A DNA stretch of 64,000 nucleotides from Chrysochromulina tobinii (GCA_001275005.1 JWZX01003203.1:1-64000); one strand, 5' to 3'; positions 9,809-22,096 are shown, counted from the stretch's first letter. The notes: generated by a model from the letters alone, not told the origin. Numbers and translations are program-made.

Positions 9809-12759
9809 ATGGCGAGTCACTCCGCAGTCCTGCTTCCCTCGCCTCCGCAACACCGGACCAGCGCACGCTCACGCCTTGGTGCCGCTGCTCGCCGCTCACA
9901 GGCGGACGGGGACGACTTCGAGAGCCTCGGGTTCGACGACGCTGCCTTCGCGGCACTCGAGACTGACTTTGAGAACGTGAGGCCGCCACCAGCCGCACCT
10001 GGCGCACTGGCCTGGGCATCAGCAGACGCCCAAGTTCGCACTGAGCCGCCGCCTCTGCTACGTTCGTGTTGCAGGTTCTTCAAGAGCTCGGCGCCGACTC
10101 GCAGCTCGAGCGCTTCCGCCTCGAGTACGAGACGCTGTACCGTGCGCTCAAGAAGTCGCACGAATCGGAGAAGCGTCTGGTGAAAAAGTGCCGCGAGCTG
10201 GTGACGGACATCACGGGCACAAAGAACAAGACGGAGAATGCCGTCAAGCTCTCGGCCGAGGATCAGACCATGATCGCGCAGCTGCGTACCGACATCGTGC
10301 GCACGTCGACCGCGGTTGAGACGTCGCTCCTCAAAGAGAAGGACACGAAGGAGGAGCTCGAGCAGCTCAGGATCGAGATCGAGGAGCTGCGGCAGGAGGT
10401 CAAGGCGGGCGCGGGCTCATCGGTCGCGCAAGAGAACCGGCTGCGCGACCTGATCACCACAAAGGATGAGACGGCGCGCGAGGCCGCCGCGGCGGCCCAC
10501 CACGTCACGCAGCTGCGCGCAGAGATCATGGACCTGACCGAGCGGCTCAAATTAGTCGATGCGGAGAAGTTGAAGTCGGACGGCGAGGTGGCCGAGCTGA
10601 AGCGCGAGATCGATGAGAAGCGCGCCGCCACTGACAAGGAGCGGCGGCGCAAGGAGGCGGCCGAGGCGAAGCTCAAGGAGCTCAAGGCGGTCCTCGAGCA
10701 GAGGGCCGCCGAGCTGAGGCAGAAGCAGGAGTTGGTGGTCAAGGGGGCCAGCTACGAGGGCAAGCTGGAGACGGAGCTGCGCGAGCAGAAGCAGACGACC
10801 GACCGCGCGCTCAAGGAGATGGATGCGTACGTGGGCAAGGTGGCCAAGCTCAGCGACGAGCTCAAGGAGCAGGTGACGCGCAACGCGAGCGTCGCGAGTG
10901 AGTGCCGGGTCAAAGTTGCGGACATTGCGAGCAAGAATGAGGAGAACGCGGCGCTGCAGGTGGAGACGAAGCGGATCTGCGACCTGAAGGACAAGCTGCA
11001 GAAGCGCATCGACCAGCTAGAGGCTCAGACGGCCGAGACGAATGCGTCGCTGCACAAGCTCACGCAGGAGATTGCGATGATGGACGTGGAGATCACAAAG
11101 GAGAAGCGCGAGCGCGAGACGGAGCGCAAGCAGACGGACGACCTGTCGCGCGAGCGCGAGATCTTGAACAAGAACCTCGTCAAGGCCCAGGTTGGAACTA
11201 CCCTCCAGGTCGATCTCATCCGGACGCAGGAGAACACGAAGGCCAATCTCGAGGTCGAGATCGCGGGCTACCGCACCACGGCGGGCGATCTCGGTCGCCA
11301 GATCAAGAAGCTCACGGCCGAGAAGGACAAGTACAGCGCGGAGGCGCAGGACGCGGCCGACCGCTACGCGCAGGCACTCGACGCAGTCAAGGAGCGCGAG
11401 ATCAACGTGCTACAGCTGCAGAAGAAGATCGCCGAGGGTGAGGCGAAGCTCAAGCAGCAGCAGAACCTCTACGAGGCCGTGCGCTCGGATCGGAACCTGT
11501 ACGCGAAGAACTTGATTGAGTCGCAGGACGAGATCGCCGAGATGAAGCGCAAGTTCAAGGTGATGACGCGCCAGATCGAGCAGCTCAAGGATGAGATCCA
11601 GACCAAAGATACGTCGCTTGTGCGCGAGCACTTCGAGAAGATGAAGGTGGTGCAGGACCGCGAGTCTCTGCGCGAGCTACTCAACAACACGCTCAAGAAG
11701 GAAGAGGACATGGCACGCGAGGAGAAGCTGTTCAAGGCTGAGGTGGCCAAGCTCAACCAGATCATCAACGAGGCCGAGGCGGAGCGCTCCAAGCAGCAAA
11801 AGGAGTTTGAGGTCGTCGTCAACGAGCGCGACATTCTCGGCACGCAGCTCATCCGACGTAACGACGAGCTCTCGGCACTGTACGAGAAGATCAAGCTGCA
11901 GCAGTGCACACTCGCTCAGGGCGAGCGCGCGTACGAGGAGCGGCTGGGCGATCAGCAGGCATTGCTCAAGGACGTTCAGCTGCTCCGCTCAGAGCTCTTT
12001 GCGCTCAAGTCATCCATTTTAAACCTGGAGGCTCTGCGGAATGAGACCTTCGCGCTCAACCGCGAGCTGCTGCACGAGCGCACCAAGGTGCGTGCGCTCT
12101 CGGAGGAGCTCGAGAACCAGATGAACGTGCACCGCTGGCGCAAGCTCGAGGGCTCCGACCCGGCCACGTACGCGATGATCCAGCGCGCGCACAAGCTGCA
12201 GAAGACGTTGATCAAGAAGACGGAGGAGGTGGCGGTCAAGGACGCGCTGATCCAGCAGAAGGAGAAATTGTACGTGGAGCTGCGCGCGATCCTGGCGCGC
12301 CAGCCGGGGCCCGAGGTGGCTGAGCAGCTCAACTTGTACCAGGCCAACCTCGCCGAAAAGACGAAGCAGCTGAAGAGCATGTCCTCGGAGCTCATCTTGC
12401 ACAGGCAGCAGTGCAATGACCTCAAGATCGATCAGGAGGCGTTGGCGGGTAAGATCGCACAGCTCAAGAAGCGCTTCTTCGCGCAGCGGCTCAAGATGCG
12501 CACGCAGGCGCAGGGCGGAGGCGGCTATGGCGGCATGCCCAGCGGCATGCCCAGCGGCGGCGGCGGCGGCGGCGGCGGCGGCATTGCAGGCGGCATTGCA
12601 GGCGGCATTGCAGGCGGGGTGCCTGGCTACGAGGGGGCAGGCTCGTACGACCTGTCCGACTTCACGGCCGCGCCGGGCACCGCCGACTTTGGTGACTTCC
12701 TGCCGCACGCGCCGGATGGACCGGGCGGACCCGACGACGGGCCGGACGGAGCCTCATGA
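9809..12759 (+). CDS. CFAP58: Cilia- and flagella-associated protein 58 (CCDC147); exons 9809-9811, 9902-9976, 10075-12759
   Basis: AFAALETDFEN|VLQELGADSQLERFRLEYETL...KSHESEKRL, LYEAVRSDRNLY, ERDILGTQLIRRNDEL, MNVHRWRKLEGSDP and ILARQPGPE are CFAP58 motifs. First intron is GC-AG (or retained, 90 nt in frame). Confidence 0.92.
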
Positions 12760-13529
12760 AATGAAGCCCTCGCACATTGAGATTGAGTTCTCCCTTCTCG
12801 CCTCTGTCAACACTGAGCTGTAGTACCGTCAGGCTGTAGTAATTGTGTCATGCATGTATGCCATGGGGTAGCGCACCAGCACGGCGATCGCCACTGTTGG
12901 TCGTGGGGGAGAAACGTGGACAACGGTGTGTTGTTTGCGGTGTACCTTACGCGCGGCGCTTGTTCCGTTGGGCGCTTAACCATTGCGCTTAACGCGCCTC
13001 GTAACGCTCGACGTAACGCGATACCGATAATGCGATGTTTTCCGGTCCGGAAACGAACGCGGCCCATGGGCCATGCCGTGTTAATTCTTAATATGGCTTA
13101 TGCCGGTGATGTGCGGGCTGACGCGGACGTGCGGTCGGATAGTCGTGACTCACTGACCCGACCCGCGCGGGTCGCCCCGGGTACCTCGCCCCGCCCGGAT
13201 GCGGATCGGATGAGCGATCACAATTCACCGTGAGAGATCATGACCGCGGAAAGTCATCGGCTAACGAGGCCACAAGAGCCAAGGACACACGTGCGTCGTG
13301 GCGGACTGAATGTTCTCTCCGCCCCTTCTTGCCGTTGCCGTACCGTATTTGCGCCTTTGCGCCGCCCCGGCCCACTGCACACCCATCGCACGTGAAGCGT
13401 GATTCACAGCTCCGGTTGTCCACCTTATCCAGACCATGCTGTGTTGGCTACGACCTTGACTCGCTCCGTTGGCGTCGCTCATCTTGGCCTTTTTTCGTGC
13501 CTGGGGCCCGCCGAGTTCCGTTCCTGCTC

Positions 13530-15453
13530 CTAACCCTCCTCATCATCCTCATCTTCGCCCTCCTCGTCCTCGTCCTCGCCCTCGTCCTCCTCCTCGCCCT
13601 CCTCCTCGCCCTCCTCCTCACCCTCCTCCCGAAGATTGCCATCTTCTCCTTCAAGTTCGTTGCGCACGGCGTCCATGGCGGCCATCAGCACGAGCAGATG
13701 GCTGCTGATGCACGCGAGCTGACAGCCCCGCGCCGTGGTCGCGTACTCACCATCTCCGAACCGTACGCTGTCGGCCGCCTTGGCAGCCGCGCACGCCTCC
13801 TCGAGCCGTTCAGGTGCGTCCTCGCCATCAAGGTTCAGGTCGGGCAACTCCAGCTGCTTGCTCACCGCGTCGAACGCCATCCCAATCCATTTCTCGATGA
13901 GCTCGAGGGCAGCAAGGTCCGTCTCGGATAACCTAGGGCGATCGACCTTCGCACCATTTGCGAGCATATCCATCTCTGCAAAGACCTCCCGGACCGCCTG
14001 TGCTCGCGCGTGCATCGTCACGTCGACACCGCCTTCGATCTCGACTCCAACCTCGCCTCCACACTCGTAGACCGTACTCCACTTTCGGACAAACTCCTCC
14101 TCAGTCATGCATGCGGCGCGAGCTAGGGCAAGTAGGTATGAGGGTAATGGGTCCGAGTGGCTCAGGCGGCCGCACTCGTTGAGCGCATCTGGCGCTTCGA
14201 AGGCTGCTCGAAATGCATGCAGCTCACCCTCGAACCCTTGACGATGCACCTCACGTTGCACCTGGCCCTCCACGTCACCCTGCCGTGTGATGGCAGCGAC
14301 GGCCTCCAGCAGCGCACTTGGCACGAGCGTGGCGAGGTTGACGACCTCGTAGGGATTATCCCACATCGCAAAGCCGTAGTGGACGAGCGACAGGTTCGGC
14401 TTCGTGCCGTAGCTGAACAGCACGTCCGCCCCCCGCTTGATCGGCACCTGCACGAGCATCCGTCCAGTTGCTCTATATGGCTCCGCCTCGAGGCCGCTGC
14501 CGCCAGTGCTTGTGCCGCCATTGCTTGTGCGTGGGCCGTCGCTGGATGGGTCGCGCAATTGGTCGTGCGATGGAGCAGGGCGGCTTTGGTTTGGCCAGCC
14601 TGTATTGCATTGCCCGTGATCGTGGTTGAGCATGTCGAGCAGAGGGATCATGACCCCATCCTCGAGATCGTCGCTCGCCTGATGAGGGAGGCAATCAGAG
14701 GCAATCAGCAGCCATCAGCGGGAACATCACCCCGTCATCGAGATTGCTTCTCGCCTGCTCTCCGAAGACGCCTGCGGGGAAGCTGCGTGTAGAGTATGAC
14801 GAGTGCGACCAGAGCCAGGCGGCGCGCGTGAAGATATGAGCTGGGAACAACGTCGGGTGGGCGTCAGACAGGGTGGGGAAGAGACTGTCGTATTGTCCGT
14901 TCAAATGCAGCTCGAGCGCCTCGACCTCTGTGCGTATCGCCATGTGCCCGATCTGGTTGGGAGACGAGTACCATGTGAAGGGTGTGGTGTAATCGGTCGG
15001 GAGCGAAGCTGCATACGGCTCCCATGCAGCCCCCTTTGCTTCGACGAACCGCTGATGAATCAGGTAGGCGTATAAGACTGATCGGCGTGAGATTATCCGC
15101 ACGCTCACATCGTCATCATCGTTGTCGCGGTCGCCCCGTCGACGCTCCGCCCATGCCCGTCGCTCCGCCTCGAGATTGGAAGCGACACGCAACGTTGGGC
15201 ATGCAATGATCGATTCGCCCACCGTCGACTTCATGGCCACCTCGGTCGTCACGAAGAGAGCGTGAGGAATTGATATGGCGCAGTGGCCAGGCAGGAGGTT
15301 TTTGGTCGCAATGAAGCCGCGCATGCTAGGACCTTGAACGAGCTCGCATCCGTCAAGGGCGGCACCGTTACGGATGCACCACTCGAGCAACTCAGCGTCA
15401 CTATTCTTCGCGGCGTTAGCCTTGCGCGCGCGCTTGCGCGAGGAAGTCTTCAT
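13530..15453 (-). CDS. SET-domain protein lysine/histidine methyltransferase (SETD3/Rubisco-LSMT-like); exons 15453-14755, 14678-13530
   Basis: RGFIATKNL, WEPYAASLP, STRSF, MIPLLDMLNH, VLFSYGTKPNLSLVHYGF motifs; a 76-nt intron joins the two ORFs in frame; acidic tail. Confidence 0.88.
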
Positions 15454-15668
15454 GAGACTTAGCCGCCCCTCTTGCGTCTCTTCTTGCTTCTTGGGCGCTG
15501 TGGTCCGCGTGTGCGCGAATTGGTTGCCTCATTTAGAAATCGACCGTGAATGCGTTCAAGAGAATGGAACTCAGTCTTTCAGACAGTAGCCCCGGTCACA
15601 ACTCGAGCAAGCGTGTTCACACCGGGGAAGCGAATTTGGTCGGAATCTGTCGGAATTCTTGTCGGAAT

Positions 15669-15705
15669 AGTCAAGTCAAGACTTGACTTGACTTGACTTG
15701 ACTTG
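15669..15705. promoter_or_regulatory. Inverted (GTCAA)n/(TTGAC)n pentamer array in a divergent promoter
   Basis: AGTCAAGTCAAG-A-CTTGACTTGACT (12-bp arms), then further ACTTG units; lies between the SET and DnaJ start codons. Regulatory role is inference. Confidence 0.4.
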
Positions 15706-15800
15706 TCGGAATATCGAAGTGCTCGGAAGGTCGCGAGAAACCGAGGCTTGCTTACCGAGGTGGGCGGTCCCCGCACCCGCTTACAAAGCGCGCGATCGCG

Positions 15801-16553
15801 ATGGACGACACGTACTACGAAGAGCTCGGCGTATCGCGCGGCGCCTCGGAGGCTGAGATCAAGAAGGCGTACCGCAAGCTGGCCATCAAGTGGCACCCGG
15901 ACAAGAACCCAGAGGCGCGCGACGAGGCTGAAGCCAAATTCAAATCGATTGCTGAGGCCTACGATGTGCTATCCAACCCAGAAAAGCGGGCCGCCTACGA
16001 CCGGTACGGCAAGGACGGTGCCGCCAGCCGCGGCCGTGCTTCCGCTGGTGGGTTCCGTGGTGGCGGTGTGAACAGCTTTGCCGACGCCGACGAGATCTTT
16101 CAGCGATTCTTTGGCGGCCGCGATCCTTTTGCAGACTTCTTCGGCGACGAGGCCGACAGCCCGTTTGGAAGCGTCTTGGGCGGGCGCGGTGTCGGTGGCT
16201 TTAGCGCTGGCTTTGGCGGGCGCAGCAGCCTTCACAACGATTTCTTCGGCGGCGGCTTTGGCAGCGGCTTTGGCGGCGGCTTTGGCGGCGGCTTTGGCGG
16301 CGGCTTTGGCGGCGCTGGCTTCTCGTCCTTCAGCTCGAGCAGTTTTGGCGGCATGGGCGGTGGCTGCTTCTCGTCCTCGCAGAGCATCTCGACGAGCGTC
16401 GAGAATGGCGTGCGAGTCACGCGCAAGACGACGACCAAGACGACTGCCGACGGACAGACGACCACCACCGTCGAGGAAAGCCGCACGACCCCTGACGGCC
16501 GCACTGAGACGCGCACACTCCAGGGCGGCGAGGCGGGTGCCAGGCTTCGCTGA
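15801..16553 (+). CDS. DnaJ/Hsp40 class B (DNAJB6-like)
   Basis: J domain with HPD (KWHPDKNP), G/F-rich linker and S/T-rich C-terminus; intronless. Confidence 0.92.
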   Translation: MDDTYYEELGVSRGASEAEIKKAYRKLAIKWHPDKNPEARDEAEAKFKSIAEAYDVLSNPEKRAAYDRYGKDGAASRGRASAGGFRGGGVNSFADADEIFQRFFGGRDPFADFFGDEADSPFGSVLGGRGVGGFSAGFGGRSSLHNDFFGGGFGSGFGGGFGGGFGGGFGGAGFSSFSSSSFGGMGGGCFSSSQSISTSVENGVRVTRKTTTKTTADGQTTTTVEESRTTPDGRTETRTLQGGEAGARLR

Positions 16554-17622
16554 TGAGAGACGGCGGAGTTGCAGCGGTGTCTTTGGCACTGTAAGTAGTC
16601 GCGCTCTCGATGGGAACGTCGACGAGCTTGAGCTAGCATGTCGTGTGTGGCAGCTGGCACAGGGCCTCACACCTCACACGCGGGGCGAGAGCGCGCGCAG
16701 CGCACGATGTTGCCTTGGCTTAGCTTGGCTTGGCTTGGCTTGTTGCGCCTCGAGTGCGACGCCGCGCGAAACCGGAAACGTAGGGTGTTAGACCAGTAGT
16801 ATCCCGCGCGTTTTGTAGATTGTCGACGTCCTGCGAGTAGTCGTGTGTGTGGGTATGTGTGTGTGAAGTTACCAAACCGGGTCGCATGCCGCGGTCGACA
16901 TTTTTTGCATTTTGGCATGATCATGTTTGGCATACAGGCATACAGCGTGGGTCCGTCCACGCGCGCAGGCCGCAGCCTTTGTGGTCGTTGTGCTTCGTGA
17001 CCGATTGCACCCAAAGTTAAACCCAAAGGCGAAAGGACGTACGGTAACTGGGGAGGTGTTCCCGGCTGTCCTGTGCGCTGTGGCTGGATGACTGGATCTC
17101 GCTGGACGATCTTCACACAATCAATCCCCACCACCAGATTTGAACTGAGTAGTATTGACCCAAAGGGAGATGGGGAGGTCTTGATTCCCACACTATCGCC
17201 CCACCACCTGACAAAATTTTGAACTGAGCGGACGGCGGCGCGCTCATGCGACAGCGAGCGGGAGCCCGGCCGCCCCGGGGGCCGCGGTTGGGCGGGGCGC
17301 GCTAAGCTCCAAGGCGCTTACATGTGACTACTGGCAGGTGGAGGTGCAGCAAGCGGGGCGCCGATAAGGCACAAGCGAAAGTCCACAAGGTGGTCGGGTG
17401 AAATTTCTTGGAGCGCGGGGAGGGACCGCTAATAACTGACTGACTGACTGACGTGACTCGACTGGCTTAGTGGCTTTCCCCAGTGCCATGGCCACGACGT
17501 TTCGTTTGCTTGGTTTGCACGACGTCGAATCCTCGCCTCGGGCTCGCACACCCGGACACGCAGATGGAGATGCCGGATGGCGAGGCGACAGGCGTGGAGC
17601 GCCGCGCCGACCACTGTGAGTG

Positions 17623-17624
<2 letters not shown>

Positions 17625-17666
<42 letters not shown>
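17625..17666 (+). repeat. (GA)21 microsatellite
   Basis: Directly visible. Confidence 0.97.
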
Positions 17667-17670
<4 letters not shown>

Positions 17671-18721
17671 AGTATCTTACAGTCACAAGCTCGCCCGCTG
17701 CCGCTTGTCACTCGAGTAACTCAGAGAACTCCTGTAAACGAACCAAACATGAACATGACACACCTGGAGCGCGACTCACCTGTCCTCCTCGAGGCCCGTC
17801 TCCAACTCGAGGAAGGGGTCGTCATCCCAGAACAACCCCGGTGGGATAGTCGGCCATCGCCCTGACGCGAGCACTCGCGACTGCTGGAGAGGGTCCAGAG
17901 CTTGAGGCTGCGATACACAGATTGGAATCGAGCACGGTATACTTCCGGTGGCAAGCACCTTGACAGCTGCTGGTTTCGGCAACGCTGGGTGGAACTCGAG
18001 CGCGTCTCCTTCGCTCGGTGTCCAGGTTGCGGGTGGCTCTGGCACCCTGCCGTTCGAGAGCACCTTGGGCATGCAACACGCGCGTCCGTGCGTCGTGTTG
18101 AGGCGTTCGCAACACGAAAGTCTGCACGACCTTTTCTGCTGTGACCCGAGCTGTGAATGGCGCCCTGTCGGGCTCCCCTCTATCCGCGTTTTATTAACGA
18201 CCGTCCCCGTCCCCCCCCCAGGCCCACGCCCATTCGCGCATCGATACGCGTTGCCAAGTTTTGAGTTGCTTTTGTCCAAAGTCGAGCGTGCTGCACAGTC
18301 GCGCTCGGAAAGCACACTGGCTCGTAAAAGCTCTCGAGGTGCGCCCCTCAATGACGGCGAACTCGAAGTCGGGGACGGCGGCCGTGTCGCGTGTGTCGGG
18401 GCGAATGAGCGTCCTTTGGGAGCCCGTCGACTGATGCCCCGCGAGCTCGCGACCGTGTGCGCCTGTTGGCGAGCGGCGCGCGGCCTTGATCACCACCTCT
18501 AAAGAATCATCCTGCCCGCATCACCCTCCGCTGCAGCTTGGTCGAGCCGGCAACAACGGGAGTGATACCCGCAGCTTTTGCAACACGCTGGTGAGCTGTG
18601 CCAGTTGCCATCGGTTTGAAGTCTCCGACGACACATGTTTCGGTGTTGCATACCACTGTCTTGCCCTTGTCCGGCGAAGGAAGGAGCGCCATTGACCGAC
18701 GAAGGAAGGAGGGACATTCGA

Positions 18722-19108
18722 ATGGTTTGGACGTGCCCCACCTGTACGCTCGAGAACAGCGACGGCGCGCGCGTGTGCGACGCGTGCGGCAAAACACGGC
18801 CCAGCGCGGTTGAGCAACCTGCTGTCACGCTGCTGCCGCCGCCGCCGCCTCAACAGGACGTGCTGCACCACCTGCGTTCCGCCATCGCCAGCGCTGATGT
18901 GGACAAGGCACGCCGTATCCTCGCTCGGCTGGGAATCATGCTGCCCGAGTACACCGAGGATGATCCACCGACACCGCCACACCGACACCGCCACACCGAC
19001 ACCGTCCCGGAAGGCCTGCCTGTTACACCGCCTGTTACACAGCCTGTTACACCGAAGAGGGTGATCCACCGACACCGCCGCCTCCTGTCCCGATTGGCCT
19101 GCCTGTGA
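18722..19108 (+). CDS. Small RanBP2-type zinc-finger ORF, possibly a degenerate fragment
   Basis: MVWTCPTCTLENSDGARVCDACG matches W-x-C-x2-C-x3-N-x6-C-x2-C; the 3' part contains an internal duplication (ACACCGAG..GATCCACCGACACCGCC at ~18951 and ~19048) that shifts frame. Confidence 0.45.
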   Translation: MVWTCPTCTLENSDGARVCDACGKTRPSAVEQPAVTLLPPPPPQQDVLHHLRSAIASADVDKARRILARLGIMLPEYTEDDPPTPPHRHRHTDTVPEGLPVTPPVTQPVTPKRVIHRHRRLLSRLACL

Positions 19109-19971
19109 GTCCAAGATGATTCTATTGAAATCCGCTCAGAGAGCGTCAACAGAACCAATTTCAACATGTGCGACATGAAAGGCACGGCGCAAGGCGATTT
19201 CTCGAAGAACAGATTAGAAAGTCTGTGAGGGAGTTCAAAGCATCGAAGAAGTAGCTGGAATGATGACCAAGCCATCATCAAGAAGAGGTGCTTTCAAGGT
19301 GCGCGCGCGGATCTTTGCGCCATATTATTGTCGGATCTTTCGCTTTCGACCCATCCGAAAAAGATATTGGGCGACAAAACCCCAACATAAAGATGACATG
19401 GTCCACCAGTGTCACGGGGCATGATGTTTTGTCTTTTTCCTACTGCCACACCGATTTACACATACTTGGTGCATTTTAGAAAGTTTTTTGGAGATCGTTA
19501 TAGGATACTGTGTGCTGGTAAGCTATGCCGCAGTGCGCGCAATTGGTGCGCGGGATTGAAAAATGCTCTCTTTTTTCGCATTTCGGGTATCTAAGCTTTC
19601 ACGTTTCAGAACGAGTCACCGGGCCGCTGCGGCTAGCCCAAATCCGATCGTAGGGAAATGATTACGAAATGGGAATCGAAGACAGGACATGTACCCCGCC
19701 AAGCCGCCAAGGAGCCGCCATGGCACCCAGCACACAAGACCTATGAAGTATGATGTGTATCATTAAGTAGCTCGACACGGCGCCTTTTTACGCGCCGAAA
19801 ACGATGACGGAACTAAACGAATTCAGTCGAGTAGTATCCGATCCGAGTTGTGCGCAGGTCTGATGTCTCTGTCTCAGATCCATCGGGAGTCACACCTTGT
19901 TCACCGCGCCGCACACAGCTGTATGAGTACGGCTATGTATCCAAGGTCCAAAGCTGTGCGTCACCCCTTCG

Positions 19972-22096
19972 TCACAACGGCTCGCCCCACGGAAGGCGCC
20001 GGCCGAGCAGATCGAACAGCTTCTGGTTGAACGGCAGAAAGTAACGGTGGAGCAGCGCCGCGGTCTCGTCTGTCATCTTGTAACGGCTCACGCCATCCTT
20101 GCCTTTGATCACCTCGCCTTCCCTTCGCGCCGCGCACGGGCCAAGAATGTCGTCACCATCGTCGCCGTCGTCGCCGCCCTCGTCGCTCGAGCCGTCCAGT
20201 CGACCTGCTCGCCATTCTCGAACGGGCGACGCCACGTCGTGTGGGTTAGTCGCGCTCGAGGCCGCCTTACCCACCACACACAGCCTGTGGCCCGAAGGAG
20301 GGAGGGGGCGCAACGGTGAGAAAGGCACGTGAGAAAGGCACGTGAGAAAGGCACGTGAGAAAGGCACGTGAGAAAGGCATTCCCACAGGGGCCTAGGCGT
20401 GCAGGCGGCGAGCGGCCACGTCACCGGTCGTGCTTGGGCTTTGGCAGCTCCATCTCTCGTAGGCCCAGGAAGCTGATGACGTCCTTCATCACTGCGGTCG
20501 CGTCGCGCTCGAGCTCCTCGGTCGCAAGCACCTTGATCTGTGAGCGCGGGAAGGCAGCGTACCACGCCGCCAAATTGGATGCATAGCGCGACGAGCGCCA
20601 CACACCTGATGAGGGATGCAATCAGCATGCAATCAGCATGCAATCAGCATGCAATCAGCATGAAATCAGCCCGCCACACACCAGCCCCAGGTACGAGCAT
20701 GTACTGCTGATGAGGGATGCTATCAGCATGCAATCAGCATGCAATCAGCATGCAATCAGCATGCAATCAGCATGCAATCAGCATGCAATCAGCATGCAAT
20801 CAGCATGCAATCAGCCCGCCACACACCCGCCCCAGGTACGAGCATGTACTGCGAGCATGCGCTGACTCGACGCATGCCCTCGGCGTAGGCGTCGCGCTCG
20901 GCGTCGGTGCGCCGGCCCGCCAGCGCCTGGCGCGTGCGGAAGAGCGCCGCGACGTCCTCGCCTAGCGACGTGGAGAGGATGCATGCCTTGGTCTCGTTGG
21001 AGAGGGTCACCTCATCGCCGCCGTATTGGCCCCATCCCAAGGACGCACCGCACTCGCGTAATGCGACCTCGACGAGACCGAGGCGCGCCTGCGCGTCGAA
21101 GGAGAAGACCTCGCGCATCATGCGGATCTCGGGCAACGGCTGGGGCTTGAAGAAGCCTGTGGCGCGCGCCAGCGACGCGTTCGCGGGCATGGCCGGTGCG
21201 ACGAAACATGACGAATCCTTGAGCCAATCGACCCCGGCGCGCCAGTGGGAGTACGTGCGTTGGATGGGATCGCGGAGCAGGACGAGATGCTTCGCCTCGG
21301 GTACCCATTTCTTCACCCAGAGCGGCGCGAGCAGCGGCGCGTTGAAGACCGTCGGTGAGGCGTCGAGGGTGATCGCGCGCGCGTCTTGGCGGGCGACCGG
21401 CGCAAAGTTGGCCGCGTAGCTCGAGCCCGTGTGGTACCTGTAGTTGGGCAACGTGAGGTAGCGAGGCTCCTTGTTGAGGGGAGCCTCGACGTCCGGGTGG
21501 CTCAGCAGCCGCGCGTACAGGCTCGTCGTGCCGCAGCGCATCTCGCCAAGCAGGTATACGGCCGGCAGGCATGAGACGTTGCCGCTCTCCTCAACCCAGC
21601 ACGGGTTGGCGCGCGGGAGACGCTGGCCGCAGACGGTCGTCGCGCGCATTGCGTCGAGGTGATCAGCGGCCGGGTGCACGCATGATGAGTTGGCTGAGGC
21701 CGCCTGTGACCCGGGCTCGCACGACTCCTTTTGCAGCGAGTAGCATCCACCACTTCCCGCGGCCGCAGCCCGCTTGCGTGAGCGCCTGCGGTTGCGAGCA
21801 CGGCGCGCCCTTAGCCGAGCGTGATCGAGCTTGTTGGCCATGACCGGATCGAAGCGCGAGGCGCCGCGGCCGGCCAGATCGACCACGCGGCGGTAGGAGA
21901 CACGGCTAGCCTGCTCGCGCTGCATAACACCGGTCGGAGAGGGCCCTCGCCGACGCGTGATCAGGTGCATGCAGGCGGCAGCGGTTGCCGCAACGAAGAG
22001 CACGGCTAAAAAGGCCTGCGCAGTGCTCAGGCCTTGACGCTGAGGAGGGTCGTCCTCGTCTTCCGATCGCGCAGGCCGAGGCCGAGGCGCGTCCAT
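19972..22096 (-). CDS. Type II membrane sulfotransferase (heparan-sulfate 3-O/N-sulfotransferase-like); exons 22096-20827, 20605-20425, 20284-19972
   Basis: N-terminal TM, 5'-PSB-like LLGEMRCGTTSLY, 3'-PB LLRDPIQRTYSHW, and C-terminal YFLPFNQKLFDLLG; both introns keep the frame. Confidence 0.85.
20316..20379 (-). repeat. 13-nt tandem repeat (GTGCCTTTCTCAC in sense, ~5 copies) inside sulfotransferase intron 2
   Basis: GTGAGAAAGGCAC units visible on the + strand. Confidence 0.9.
20606..20826 (-). repeat. Repeat-filled intron: two (GCATGCTGATT)n arrays each ending CCCTCATCAG, separated by a copy of the upstream exon end
   Basis: 11-nt unit AATCAGCATGC on the + strand; internal exon-junction copy at 20672-20706. 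Confidence 0.9.

Noticed and set aside
17721..18502. Overlapping 100-190 aa ORFs in the island as possible transposase or RT remnants
   Set aside because: No DDE, RT, HUH or tyrosine-recombinase motifs recognisable by eye.
20638..20965. ORFs reading MQSACNQHAIS repeats (also [10 protein letters not shown] at 35580 and MRSDC at 33571-33627)
   Set aside because: Translations of intronic minisatellites, not proteins.
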